Source of the DNA: Octopus sinensis
Lineage: Eukaryota
Assembly (NCBI RefSeq): GCF_006345805.1
Contig: NC_043014.1
Span: 22,320,001-22,384,000, forward strand
Direction of reading: 5' to 3'
Length of the DNA: 64,000 bases
Of this stretch, positions 11,820 to 26,393 are shown in pieces. The first letter of the stretch is position 1. The number at the start of each line of letters is the position of its first letter. A program made the position numbers and the translations under genes. A model generated the notes under the pieces. The model made no database searches. It was not told where the DNA came from and saw only the letters and a program-made list of their open reading frames with translations.

Positions 11820-14700
11820 TAAAATGGGCAATTTTCCACTTCCTCAATTCCATGGGTAAGCGAAAATGTGGTTTTTGCAACTGGAGTCCTACTTTATTGT
11901 TTCCAGCAGTCGCCAGCCACTGGCCAAACTGCACATCGTATTGTCCGGCTTATTGTCCCCACTCATTTGGTCTATCATGGATTTGCTTAGAGATACACCA
12001 GATGGGATGTCCTACAAGGAGTTCAAGTCTGAGGTGCTACACAGAAACTCCATCTGCTGAGAGCAAGTCCTGTTCATTGCTGCAGGATGAATATTTGGGA
12101 GACAGGAAACCAAGTTTTTGAGATGGCTATGAGAGCCTTCGTTAAAGAACTCTTTTTCTCTCATATGCCACCCAACATCCAGTCAGCACTCCTATGACCA
12201 ACTGGCCACCATGGCAGACAGGATTCTTAAGATCTCCAAAAACCCCTCTGCGGATAATATCATCACCAGTGCCACCTCTAAAGCTTCTTCCATCAAGGTG
12301 GATAAACAATCTTCAGAGACCTTGAAAGCGATCCAGGATCTCACTTGGCAGGTTTCGTGCCTCTTTTTCTTTTTCATAGTCCCGTTCGAGAAACTGGCCC
12401 AAGACAGTGTTCTTCACGTGACCTTGTACTGCCAGCCCCTCCGGTTTGCTGGTACCACAGACAGTTCAAGGATCAAGCTCATCATTGTATACAGACCTAC
12501 TCTTACACCCTGGCGGAAAACTAGCCAAGGAGACCCTGTGCATGTCAGTCATCTCCTTCATTGAAAATCCTCACTGTGCATTCTTAGTCCAAGGCGCAAA
12601 AGTCTTTTATGGTAGACACAGGAGTCAGTGTTAGCATTTGGCCTCAACAGTATACGCTCACCAATCCTGCTCTCTTGGATATTTCTTTGTTCATAGTTAA
12701 CCATTTCTGCTATCGAGACCTTCAGTCAAATCTCCCTTACTCTCGACTTGTCACTCTGTAGGGTATTCCAGTGGATTTTCATTATTGCTGACTTACCACA
12801 TCCAATTTTGGCTGCAGATTTTCTTCACCATTATTCACTCCTGGTGGATGTCAGGGGACTTCAACTTTTGGTTAGAACCACTTTACTTACTGCCTCCGGA
12901 GAGGATACTACCACTCCTGCTGAGAATCCTTCATTCTTCGTAGCTGCTGCTGGAAACGTGTATCTATAGTTACATGCTTCATTTCCTGAATTAACAGATT
13001 TGACATTCCAGCTAACCAAGCCATTTTATAATGACTAAAGAACCTCCTGTATTCTCCAGACCTCATCATTTGTCTCCAGAAATGCTGCGGATTGCCAGAG
13101 CTGAATTCGAGCATATGCTCTAGCTTGGCCTTATTCGTCCTTCCAAGAGCCCATGGGCCACGCCTCTGCACTTAGCAAAGAAAGGCACCATAAATTTTCG
13201 TTTTTGTGGTGACTTTAGAAGGCTTAATGCTATCACAGTTTCAGATTGCTATCCAATTCCACATTTTCAGAATTTTTCTTCTGCCCTACATGGATGTAAA
13301 TTTTTTTCCAAAATTGACCTGGTACGTGCATGCCATCAAATTCCCGTTAACCTTGAAGATATACCCAAGACAGCAGTAACAACACATTTCAGAGCATTTG
13401 AATTTTTATCCATGCTTTTTGGTCTTTGTAACACAGCAAGCACATTCCAGAGATTTATTGATGAAATCATTTGTGGCTTACCTTTTGTTTTTGCATATGT
13501 AGACAATCTTCTAATTGCCAGCACCACTCAGGATCAACATACCCAGCATTTAACACAGTTATTCCAACATTTGCATTCTTTTGATGTGAAGATCGATCTG
13601 TCCAAATGTGAGTTTGGATCTTCCAGCTTGGAATATTTGGGACACTTCATAGACACTGATGGCATTCACCTGCTTCCTTCTAAAGTCGAGGCTATCAAAC
13701 GCTTGTCTCCTCCTGTGTCTTTAAAACAGTTAAGAACATTTCTGGGTCTAATTAATTTCTATAGAAGGTTCATTTCCAACTGGGTGGAAAGGTTGTCTCC
13801 TTTGACCCTGCTTTTAAAAGGATCACCGACTAAAAATGCTAATATTTCATTGTCTCCTACTTGCTTTGCAAGTTTTCAAAAAGGCCAAGACCGAGCTAGC
13901 CAATGCATCCTTTTTGGCTCATCCTGCTCCTGACACCAGTCTGTCTGTAACAGTTGATGCTTCTGATTTAGTTTTGGGTTCTGTGTTGCAACAAACTGTA
14001 AATGGACAAACTCAACCACTGGCTTTCTTTTCTCGCCAGTTGAAACCTGCTGAATTGCATTGCAGCATTTTCAGTAAAGAACTTTTAGCTATTTATCTTG
14101 CAATGAAGAACTTCGCTTACCTTCTCGAGGGTAGGGAGTTCATGGTTTTCACCGATCATAAACTGTTAACATTTGCACTATTTACCAAAACTGACTGGTA
14201 CTCGCCTAGAAAAACCAGGCACTTGGATTATATCTCACAGTTCACCAGTGACATTCGCCACTTTGCAGACACTAACAACATTCTTGCAGACACCCTGTCT
14301 TGCCTCCCAGTTTGTTCTTTGTCGTCTCCTGCCTCAATTAATCTGGTCGCTATGGCTGCAGACCAACCTTCCTTGGACTCTTTGGACGTGACTTCACTGC
14401 ACCTGCCTCTTCCATCATCTGAAGGGACCATTTTTTGTGATATTTCCACTGGGTCACCCTGACCCCTGGGCCCCGAGCATTATCATCATCCTGTTTTTGA
14501 ACCTTGCACTCGCTATCACACCCAGGCATTGTGGCCACAGATAAGCTTATTTTGGCTCAATTTTTCTGGCTGAATATGTGGCATTGTATTACTGTTTGGT
14601 AACATGCCTGTCTACATTGTCAGCATGCGAAAATACACAGACATGTGCAAGCTCCTTCAGGGCACTTCCAGCCGCTGGATTCCAGGTTAAGTTTTCATCG
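11820..14700 (+). mobile_element. Decayed Ty3/Gypsy LTR retrotransposon (gag-PR-RT-RNaseH-partial IN); LTRs not recognised
   Basis: Gag motifs MWFLQLESYF, LGDRKPS and CWYHRQF; protease DTG at 12615-12623; RT SPWATP, CGDFRRLN, FGLCN and YVDN (catalytic DD lost); RNase H DASD..GSVLQQ, KELLAI, TDHK; integrase HSLSHPG...CLHC; several stops and frameshifts. Confidence 0.9.
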
Positions 14701-15070
14701 TTCTTGACACAATCAAGATCTTGTGCAACTGAAACCCAAGTGTCTTTCAAACTTGTCAGACATGCGTCTCATGCCCAAATCTTCAGTGATAATGGACTGA
14801 GATGGACCGTAACTAATCTGCACATCCTCTGATAACTCACGGATGGTGATTCAATGATTTTCCCCTCACAGATGCACATACATCTGTGATGTTTTTCTCA
14901 GTTCTGTTTAATAAACACATTCTACCAGTATATGAAGTTTAAAAGTGTTTAGTTAACTAGAAATTGTGTTGACTTGTGCTGTTCAAAAGGAAAAGATCCT
15001 GATGATGTATATATTTTCGCACTTATACATATATATATATATAGACATATGTGTGTGTGTGTGTATATAT

Positions 15071-15435
15071 ATATATGAATAAATAAATGGAGTTTAACGC
15101 AGGTATAAATCAAATATTTTTACTTTCGACACGTTTCGAAAATTCCACTGATATTGTTCAAAAGAATAAATGGTATAAACAAAACAATCTTCTCTTCAAG
15201 AAAGTGAAAAAATGAAACTCGTCAATAAAACATTTTAGAAAAAAAAAAAAAAATTTTTGCTAAAATGTCTTATTGATGAGTTTCGTTTTTTCACTTTCCT
15301 GAAGAGAAGACTGCTTTGTTTATACCATTTATTCTTTTGAATAATATCAGTGGAATTTTTGAAACGTGTCGAAAGTAAAAATATTTGATTTATACCTGCG
15401 TTAAAGCGTTAAACTCCATTTATTTATTCATATAT
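15071..15435. repeat. Long inverted repeat (about 170-bp arms), each arm with a hammerhead-like core
   Basis: 15071-15238 is the near-perfect reverse complement of 15260-15435, with an A/T spacer. Confidence 0.9.
15293..15376 (+). ncRNA. Putative type I hammerhead ribozyme with extended stem II loop
   Basis: Stem I ACUUUC/GAAAGU; CUGAAGA 15299-15305; stem II GAAGA/UUUUU closing a ~45-nt loop; GAAA 15361-15364; short stem III; GUC 15368-15370. The mirror copy at 15122-15205 (-) has UUGAAGA. Confidence 0.5.
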
Positions 15436-15576
15436 TATACAAAAAATTCCACGTAAACACGAAGTTTCTACCTTTATAAACAAGGAGTTACAATCTCTTT
15501 ACTTGTGAGATTTTTTGCTACCCTGGTAACTATTTATTTTTTCCGTGTTAATTGTTAACAAGGTAAAAATACACTC

Positions 15577-15609
<33 letters not shown>

Positions 15610-15610
<1 letters not shown>

Positions 15611-16403
15611 CTTTATATATATAAAACTGAGAATGTGTGTCTGTCTGTCTGCCTAAAACTTGAGAACTACACTATTTTAACTTTTTGCCTAGGGCGAGCC
15701 CACAGCAATATCATATCTTCTCCACTACGATTCCCTAAAACTTGAGAACTACACAACCAATTTCATTCAAATTTTACACGTGCCTTACTTAGGGTCCATG
15801 TAGTTTCATGGGCAAAAAAAAAAAAAAGTTCAACTTCTTGCCTAGAGCGAGCCCATAGCAATATCATATCTTCTCCACTAATTCAGTATTACGTGTTAAA
15901 AGTGAAACAAAAATATTTCTCTATTTTATGTCAGATGCTTTCACTTTAACAATAAAAATAATAATAACAATTGAATTATATGTAGTAAGTAATAATTAAA
16001 ATCAAACTAAAGTAACATGACAAAAGTAAAAATAGCAATTGGTATAAAATTGCATCAATGATTTGAACTTGAATAAGTGGTTTCACATGAATGGGAATAA
16101 ATTAAAAATATAATTAGCGTGCAGAAATGGAATAGTCCAGATGGATAATAAAAAATTAAATTAAAGAAAAGACTATTGTCTATAAAGTATACAATGTGGA
16201 GAAAAAAGAAGAGCTAACAATTCCAGTCTGTTATATATTTTGAGTATTGTTATCACTAGCGATATCAAGATATAACTTTGTATTTTGCATTTTATGTGTA
16301 GATGTATATATATAGATGTACATATAATATGTACACATATATATACATATATATATACATGCACTAGCGCTATGACCCGGCAACGACGGGTCTTTAATGC
16401 TAG
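15610..16403 (+). mobile_element. Non-autonomous Helitron
   Basis: A|TC 5' end at 15610; hairpin GACCCG-gcaacga-CGGGTC at 16374-16392; CTAG|T 3' end at 16400-16403. Confidence 0.75.
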
Positions 16404-16417
16404 TATATATATATATA

Positions 16418-16898
16418 TCATCATCATCATCATCATCATTTAACGTCCGCTTTCCATGCTAGCATGGGTTGGACGGTTCAACTGGGGTCTGGGGAGCCCG
16501 AAAGCTGCACCAGTCCAGTCAGATCTGGCAGTGTTTCTACAGCTGGATGCCCTTCCTAACGCCAACCACTCCGAGAGTGTAGTGGGTGATTTTATGTGCC
16601 ACCGACACAGGTGCCAGACGAGGCTGGCAAACGGCCACGCTCGGATGGTGTTTTTTTATGTGCCACCGACACAGGTGCCAGACGAGGCTGGCAGACGGCC
16701 ACGCTCGGATGGTGTTTTTTTATGTGCCACCGACACAGGTGCCAGACGAGGCTGGCAGACGGCCACGCTCGGATGGTGTTTTTATGTGCCACCGACACAG
16801 GTGCCAGACGAGGCTGGCAGACGGCCACGCTCGGATGGTGTTTTTATGTGCCACCGACACAGGTGCCAGATGAGGCTGGCAAACGGCCACGATCGGAT
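16418..16898 (-). mobile_element. (GAT)n-tailed repeat with five 62-64-bp internal tandem units
   Basis: Unit atgtgccaccgacacaggtgccagacgaggctggca... starts at 16594, 16658, 16722, 16784 and 16846. Confidence 0.75.
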
Positions 16899-16913
16899 AT
16901 ATATATATATTTG

Positions 16914-16959
<46 letters not shown>

Positions 16960-16962
<3 letters not shown>

Positions 16963-17751
16963 TTATATATATAAAACTGAGAATGTGTGTCTGTCTGTCT
17001 GCCTAAAACTTGAGAACTACACTATTTTAACTTTTTGCCTAGGGCGAGCCCACAGCAATATCATATCTTCTCCACTACGATTCCCTAAAACTTGAGAACT
17101 ACACAACCAATTTCATTCAAATTTTACACGTGCCTTACTTAGGGTCCATGTAGTTTCATGGGCAAAAAAAAAAAAAAGTTCAACTTCTTGCCTAGAGCGA
17201 GCCCATAGCAATATCATATCTTCTCCACTAATTCAGTATTACGTGTTAAAAGTGAAACAAAAATATTTCTCTATTTTATGTCAGATGCTTTCACTTTAAC
17301 AATAAAAATAATAATAACAATTGAATTATATGTAGTAAGTAATAATTAAAATCAAACTAAAGTAACATGACAAAAGTAAAAATAGCAATTGGTATAAAAT
17401 TGCATCAATGATTTGAACTTGAATAAGTGGTTTCACATGAATGGGAATAAATTAAAAATATAATTAGCGTGCAGAAATGGAATAGTCCAGATGGATAATA
17501 AAAAATTAAATTAAAGAAAAGACTATTGTCTATAAAGTATACAATGTGGAGAAAAAAGAAGAGCTAACAATTCCAGTCTGTTATATATTTTGAGTATTGT
17601 TATCACTAGCGATATCAAGATATAACTTTGTATTTTGCATTTTATGTGTAGATGTATATATATAGATGTACATATAATATGTACACATATATATACATAT
17701 ATATACATGCACTAGCGCTATGACCCGGCAACGACGGGTCTTTAATGCTAG
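16960..17751 (+). mobile_element. Non-autonomous Helitron (duplicated copy)
   Basis: Same termini and sequence as 15610-16403. Confidence 0.75.
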
Positions 17752-17765
17752 TATATATATATATA

Positions 17766-18245
17766 TCATCATCATCATCATCATCATTTAACGTCCGCTT
17801 TCCATGCTAGCATGGGTTGGACGGTTCAACTGGGGTCTGGGGAGCCCGAAAGCTGCACCAGTCCAGTCAGATCTGGCAGTGTTTCTACAGCTGGATGCCC
17901 TTCCTAACGCCAACCACTCCGAGAGTGTAGTGGGTGATTTTATGTGCCACCGACACAGGTGCCAGACGAGGCTGGCAAACGGCCACGCTCGGATGGTGTT
18001 TTTTTATGTGCCACCGACACAGGTGCCAGACGAGGCTGGCAGACGGCCACGCTCGGATGGTGTTTTTATGTGCCACCGACACAGGTGCCAGACGAGGCTG
18101 GCAGACGGCCACGCTCGGATGGTGTTTTTATGTGCCACCGACACAGGTGCCAGACGAGGCTGGCAGACGGCCACGCTCGGATGGTGTTTTTATGTGCCAC
18201 CGACACAGGTGCCAGATGAGGCTGGCAAACGGCCACGATCGGATA
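17766..18245 (-). mobile_element. (GAT)n-tailed repeat with five 62-64-bp units (duplicated copy)
   Basis: Units start at 17942, 18006, 18068, 18130 and 18192. Confidence 0.75.
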
Positions 18246-18259
18246 TATATATATATTTG

Positions 18260-18305
<46 letters not shown>

Positions 18306-19146
18306 CGCACTCATATTTACATAGTCATTTATACATACATACATACATACATACATACATACATTACTATTTAAAATAGCCTGACTCCGCTCCATGTGAC
18401 CCAAATCTTCACAGAACTCCCACAGAAATTTAGCCCATTTTGGCTCAGATTACTGAGCAAGTAGCCCAGTTGCACAGCCAAATTGAACTGCTTAAAACAA
18501 TAATACTACATGTATCTCCTACGAAATGTGTTGAGTACCTATTTCATTTGTTTGTCCACTCACTCATGTATGTAAACACACACACACACACACACTCACA
18601 CAAGACATCTACATGTGTATATATGTATAAATGTAGATACCGACACACACATATATCTATGTATACACATATATAGTAAAAGAAGTAATAGTAATAATAT
18701 TATTAGGATTAGAAGTTGTATTGATATTGTTATGATTATTGTGATTATTACTAGGATAATAATTATTATTAATGTTATTAAGTTTTTTTATAATTTAAGG
18801 AAGATATAATATCCCCTAAGCTAGGCTTTATGGAATAGCAGAATTTTATTGTATGTTTGTTGAATATTTTGTAGTGTTTAGTAGGAAGTGTTTTCTAATA
18901 GTTGAAAGAACAGAAAAGATACTTTAGTAAATAACACACTACAAAATGGAGTATTGTATGATATGGAAAATGAAAGGCAACATTGATTCATTTGGGTATT
19001 GAACTTAGGAATGTTGATGAACAATTCACAGTAAAATAGTCTGTCCAAACCTTAAGTTTCGGTCACTCCGTTATGATGACCAAATAACTCTAAACTCTTT
19101 GCTATAGCCATATTTTTGTGAAATATAAATGTATTGTATTTGTTAA

Positions 19147-20925
<1,779 letters not shown>

Positions 20926-21330
20926 TGAGTGATTTGGCTGCTGTTTCTAACAAATTGAGTGACTACATAAAGGGTCCTTCATGTGTTTGTTATTGGTCAG
21001 TTAAAGCAGTTGGTCCTACCCATGCACAATATCTTCTTCTTAGTCTGACAAAAAAGAAAAATAACTCAGTTGTTGTTGTTTAGTCTTTGTGGAGCAGACC
21101 TATGGTCAAAGGCATTCCAATCATGACCATCCCCTTTTTTTTCAGGCATAGTATATCCTGTGGAGGGCTAATTGGACCTGTGGCCCAAAACCAAAGAGAG
21201 TGATAATAACAAAGCATTTATTGGTACCCTACCAATATGCTATTACTTTAAGTTCAGTTGAAATGAAAATCTTGTAACCTCGCTTATTTTTGGAGATCTT
21301 TTGAAATTTGAATAGAAGATATATATATAT

Positions 21331-21861
21331 AACGTGACGTATTTTTGCCATTTCAATATGGCTAACCCCTAAGGGTGGATGCTACTGTAGTTTTTAGCCC
21401 CAGGAGGACACACTCCTCCAGCTGGCCATAGACACACTTTCTGTGTCCTGTCAGTATTTGCAAAGGGAAGTCATCCTTCCCGTCTTCAACTTATGATACA
21501 CACAGACTCGAGTTTCGAGGTATTGACCTCTCGTCAGCGTGTGACAATCATAGTTGTCGCCGAGAATTAGATTTCCTTCACAAATACTTATACTTTTTCC
21601 AGCGTCCACTGTCGCTGATATTGAAAAAGTGAAATCCAACAATGATAAATATCAATGTGAGTTATATACAGTAGCGGTAACACAACGTGACGTATTTTTG
21701 CCATTTCAATATGGCTAACCCCTAAGGGTGGATGCTACTGTAGTTTTTAGCCCCAGGAGGACACACTCCTCCAGCTGGCCATAGACACACTTTCTGTGTC
21801 CTGTCAGTATTTGCAAAGGGAAGTCATCCTTCCCGTCTTCAACTTATGATACACACGGACT
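21331..21861 (-). mobile_element. Non-coding hammerhead-bearing direct-repeat element (retrozyme / Penelope pLTR-like), 353-bp monomer, 1.5 copies
   Basis: 178-bp direct repeats at 21331-21508 and 21684-21861 differ at one base; (TA)n on both sides; hammerhead at 21492-21552. Confidence 0.85.
21492..21552 (-). ncRNA. Type I hammerhead ribozyme with palindromic stem III
   Basis: Minus strand reads CACACG-CUGACGA-GAGGU(CAAU)ACCUC-GAAA-CUCGAG-UC|UGUGUG, with distal UAUGAU/AUCAUA pairing; all core nucleotides are canonical. Confidence 0.9.
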
Positions 21862-21919
21862 GTATATATATATATATATATATATACATATATATGTGTA
21901 TATGTATGTATATACGTAT

Positions 21920-22110
21920 TGTGACTTTGTATCTGTTTGTCTCCCACCACCTCTTGATAAATGGTGTTGCTGTGTTTACATTCACGTAACTTAGTGGTTC
22001 AGTAAAAGAGACCAATAAAATGTACTAGGCATAAAAAAGGAAAGAACTGGTGTCAATTTGTTCGATTAAATTCTTCAAGGCAGTACCCCAGCTTGACTTG
22101 CAGTCTCATA
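21920..22110 (+). mobile_element. SINE family A, 3' half
   Basis: Similarity to the other family A copies. Confidence 0.6.
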
Positions 22111-23596
22111 ACTGAAAAAGATAAAAGAACCACTAAATTCCTTAGTAAAACTTAAAGCTAAGGGAGGTAACTCTTGTACCTCTCAGTCACTTTACCTGCT
22201 CGAAACAGCAACCCAAATGCTTTTAGATCAGATCCCAATGTTGGATGTTCAAGAACCAAATGAAGTGCAGATTTTTAATCTTGGGATCATCCTGATTCCA
22301 AAAAGGTATATTATGTCTATGTAGAGCAAATGTAGACTGTGATACAAGGATCCCAGATAGACAGAATTTCATTTTAATATAGATGTACCTCCCTTTTGTT
22401 TTCAGTGGTAGGAGGGCATGATTTGAGAGAGATGTGGCTGCTATCTTTTAACAGGTTGAATGACCAGGAAGACTGTCTTATTTTGTGTGGCCTAACTACT
22501 ATTAAAGAAATATCAAGAGTGAATTAAAGATATTTAATGCTGAGGATCTGGCACAAGTAAATCCAAAGACCCAGTCTTCATGAGAGGTCTGTGCTCATAA
22601 TAATAATTTCTAAGACAGAAGGCCATTTTTTAGGGCAGTGTATTGGGGTCACTTAAATTGCCCCTGGTGTAATTTGTGTCCATTATGTGAAGAGACATAA
22701 CTAAATATTGTTAGGCAAATTATCCAGCTCTCTATCAGTTTTGTCATCCTTTACCCTTAAATGTTGATAGAGACATATGTTATTATTTTTGTGTTGTTGT
22801 TGTTGTAAAGGATTGGCCGAATTGTTACAGTGTCTGACAAAATGTTTTGCAGTATTCAACAACTCTTTATATTCTTGAGTTCAAATCTGAAGTCATCTCT
22901 GTTGTTTATCCTTCTAGTAGTAGTAGTATGAGAAGGAATATGGGGGCATGTGTATCTCTGCATCGACCATCTGTTGGTGATTCTCTACTCCTGATGGATG
23001 ACACCTCTAACCCATGGGTCAGTTTGGGTAGTCAGTGGTGATGGTTTTTAGTTGCCTCTAATGACACACACTTTGGATTTATTTTTTGACATGTTGGTCC
23101 CTACACAGCACTAGAGCAATTCTCAATCCTGGAAGTGAACCCATAATCTGGCAGTCGTGAGTGCAACTCTCTAACTGCTAGGCCACACACCATCTAAGAC
23201 TGATGAAATATAATGCTGATAGGTTTAACCAACTGTTCTATACCCCTCCTTAAAAGTCTGTAGTTTTGAGGTAAGATTAGAAATCTTTATCATTGTAACC
23301 AGTGAGGTGGGGGTGTTTCCACTACATGGACTGTCTGTTTGTCTCTGGCTCAAAGTGATGAATCCAACACTCATCCTGGATTAGGAAATGTTCAAGGAAA
23401 CCAGCTGGATCTGCCTCAAACAGTATCAGATTTCTGCATGATGAGGTCAGCTTGGTGTGCTTTTGATCAGGTGTCAGAAGACCATGGCACTCACTGAGCA
23501 GAAACCATATTCATTCCAAGTTCATTGTGCAGAATATTCACAACTCTCTAAAGGAATATATGAATAGCACTAGCGCTTTGATTTACCATCAATCTA

Positions 23597-23830
23597 TCAT
23601 CCACTGGCATGTGGTGAACACAATGTTTTCCTCAGTGGACATCTAGACATTGGGTCATCTATAAGACTCTCCCTTCCCCTCCTAAATTCAGCTGCCCACT
23701 TTTGGACTGTTGATAGAACTGGAGCATCATCCCCTAATGTAGCAACCATATCAGTATGAATGTCCTTTTTCTCTAGGTACTTGATAACACTACAATACCA
23801 AATTTTGTCCATTTCCAAGAGAATTCACTA
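23597..23830 (-). mobile_element. Mariner transposase N-terminal fragment
   Basis: VIKYL...DIHTDMVATLGDDAP...TVQKWAAEFRRGRESL.DDP resembles the mariner HTH region. Confidence 0.75.
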
Positions 23831-24609
23831 CTAGTTACTTTTTGAAGTCTTCTTTGAACAGTTAGATGCAATTATTAATAAGAAGAGCTGTAATCAATAC
23901 ATGCAAGATTTCATAGATCTAGCATCACTCCTTCATAGTCAACGTATGAACTTTTCAGCCACCCTCATATAACACTCATTTCTAACATTATTTAGACGGC
24001 CATTAGTTACAGCCTTTCCAGAACACATTAAATCTCAGTCTCTCCTTTCTTTTGCCAGTCATATAGCTAGCTCTACAGGAAACCTATTTTCATGTGTCAT
24101 TCACTACTGACACAGCTCAACATTCAACATTCTTTGGACTAGACAAAGTCTCTCTCCTTCCTCTAAAAACCCATCCAAAGTTTATAGACCCACACTCCAT
24201 CAAATTTGGTATGCTTATGCATTAGAGTCACTTCCTACAATACCCACACATATACAGATAATACCATTCTTCATCTATATCCTTATAAATACCAAAGTTT
24301 GTTTGTACATTGACTGCTGGAAACACTAAATAAAATTGATAATATTTCAGATTTTTCATGTCATTTAAATTAATGTGACCATTCTGCAGATAACTGTGCA
24401 CTTTGGAATGACGAGGGTGGAGTTGGTGGTGTATTGGCTCCTATTTCTAGCAATCCACGTACTGTCACTTCACTGTTATGCTTTTTACAGAATGAAAAAT
24501 GCTCCATCTATCACTCCAACTTCTCTAAGTTTATACATTACATTTATTACTTTGAAATTACTGATGGACCTCTGCTTTCTCTCTATCTATATGTCCCATT
24601 TTATGTCTC

Positions 24610-24625
24610 TATCTCTCTCACTATC

Positions 24626-24662
<37 letters not shown>

Positions 24663-24763
24663 ACCTCTTTTTCTCTCTAGAGAAAAGACATCTGAGAGAG
24701 AGAAGTGAGGTTACAGAGAAAAAAACCAGACACCAGACCTGCTTTCTATATATCCCTCTCTAT

Positions 24764-24831
<68 letters not shown>
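24610..24831. repeat. (CT)n microsatellites
   Basis: Two CT tracts. Confidence 0.9.
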
Positions 24832-24835
<4 letters not shown>

Positions 24836-24949
24836 TGTATATGTGTCTCTCTCTCACTAGAAAAAGTACAGGACAGATAGAAAGGGGATTTAGGGGGAAA
24901 AAAAGTGAGACAGTGTGGGGAAGTGATGGCAGTATAGATTAATAGGTAT

Positions 24950-26322
24950 TAGTGGTTGTGGTGGTAGTATTCTAGATATTTTAGTAACTTTTATTGTAAG
25001 GAAAATGGCATTATGATAGTTGCCAATGTGTGCCTTATGAATACATTTGAGCATTGCACAGACTGGGCTGAAGGCTGGGAGGCCTGCTAGTTTCTCTCTA
25101 ATCTTTAGCACCCTATCAGCATGCAGCCTAGACATCACATGCCAAATCTGCATTAACTCTATAAACAGAATTCTTGCAAACATCCTCCTAAGAGGTTACA
25201 TCATTTTTGTGTCTTTCAACAATACAATAACACAGTCACTACACATATAAAAAAAACAAACTATTGCACTCATAACTTCTAACTATGAATAACATGCAAC
25301 TAGAATCTGCAAGGCCACTACGAATTTTAAGCTTTACTGTCACATCCTGGTCAAGGCACATCTTCATATCAAAGACTGCCTCTTTGATAATCAGAACTAG
25401 AAAATATTCGATTCCCAACAACTACTGACATTCTACACAGCTTACATAAGATCCATGATGGGGTTCTGCTCCCAATTTGGTGCTGCTGCTACATTCAAAG
25501 ACATCCTAGATAGCATCTACAGAAAAGCTACCCTTGACAAAGTTGCTCATGAAAATGCTCTAAATTCTGGTCCACAGACATACCATGTCATCTCTCTGCC
25601 TTTTCTTTTGAAACTACACAGACCTCTACTTCTTGACATTGGCTGGTCTTGTGTTATATTCACGAAGTTCTATCTTTCAAGAATATTGGGCTCTGGAAAT
25701 CCTCTCTGCTCATATTTTTCATGCAGTCATCAACTTACAACTGTTCAAAAGGAATGTTAATTATTTCCATCTCACTGATTAGAAGGTCTATCAAAACCAA
25801 CATTGGCACAGTCCCTTCTTTCAGACCAATCCAATAAAAAAATAAAATTTTAGATTTCAGTTCAACTTGGACTCTAATCACCACTTCTGTACTAACATGC
25901 AAATCACATATCCTCTAAGACATTAATATCTCATTTCCTTTCTCTCCTTTCTCTACTCTCAGTACACTTTATACTCAAACTTTGCTATAAAAGGCAGTGA
26001 CTGTGCTTGCATACATTCTCTTCTCCCACTACTTTCCTCTTTCACCTGTAATATCAATGACTTCTAATTACTGTAGCTCAAAGTTTCCCTTCCTTCTCTA
26101 AATTCATCTGCTCTCATTTTCTTTCCTGAAACTCCTCTACTATTATTGGCTATCTCTGTTCCTGCATATGTAAATTCACATCACCTCTTTCTGTAGTCAA
26201 TATCATCAGTGACTTCAATGTATGCAGCAATTCCTGTCTCTTACACTTCTCTCACACTGCTGCTGGAACAATAGCTAAATTATTTCCCACTCTCTGTCAT
26301 TTGCACCAGTTAGCATCCATTC

Positions 26323-26393
<71 letters not shown>

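Larger units (their letters stand above)
15584..18302. repeat. Near-identical ~1.35-kb tandem duplication bounded by (AT)n
   Basis: 15601ff equals 16951ff (offset 1350, later 1348); differences seen only in microsatellite and homopolymer lengths. Confidence 0.9.

Noticed and set aside
16594-16898. Regular repeat array resembling CRISPR
   Set aside because: Units are head-to-tail with no unique spacers; eukaryotic context, no cas genes
16456-18404. Several 90-190 aa ORFs with repeated peptides
   Set aside because: They are translations of the 62-64-bp minisatellite and (AT)n; no protein signal
18380-18510. Short coiled-coil-like ORF (LAQITEQVAQLHSQIELLK), possibly a gag remnant
   Set aside because: Too short, with no diagnostic motif
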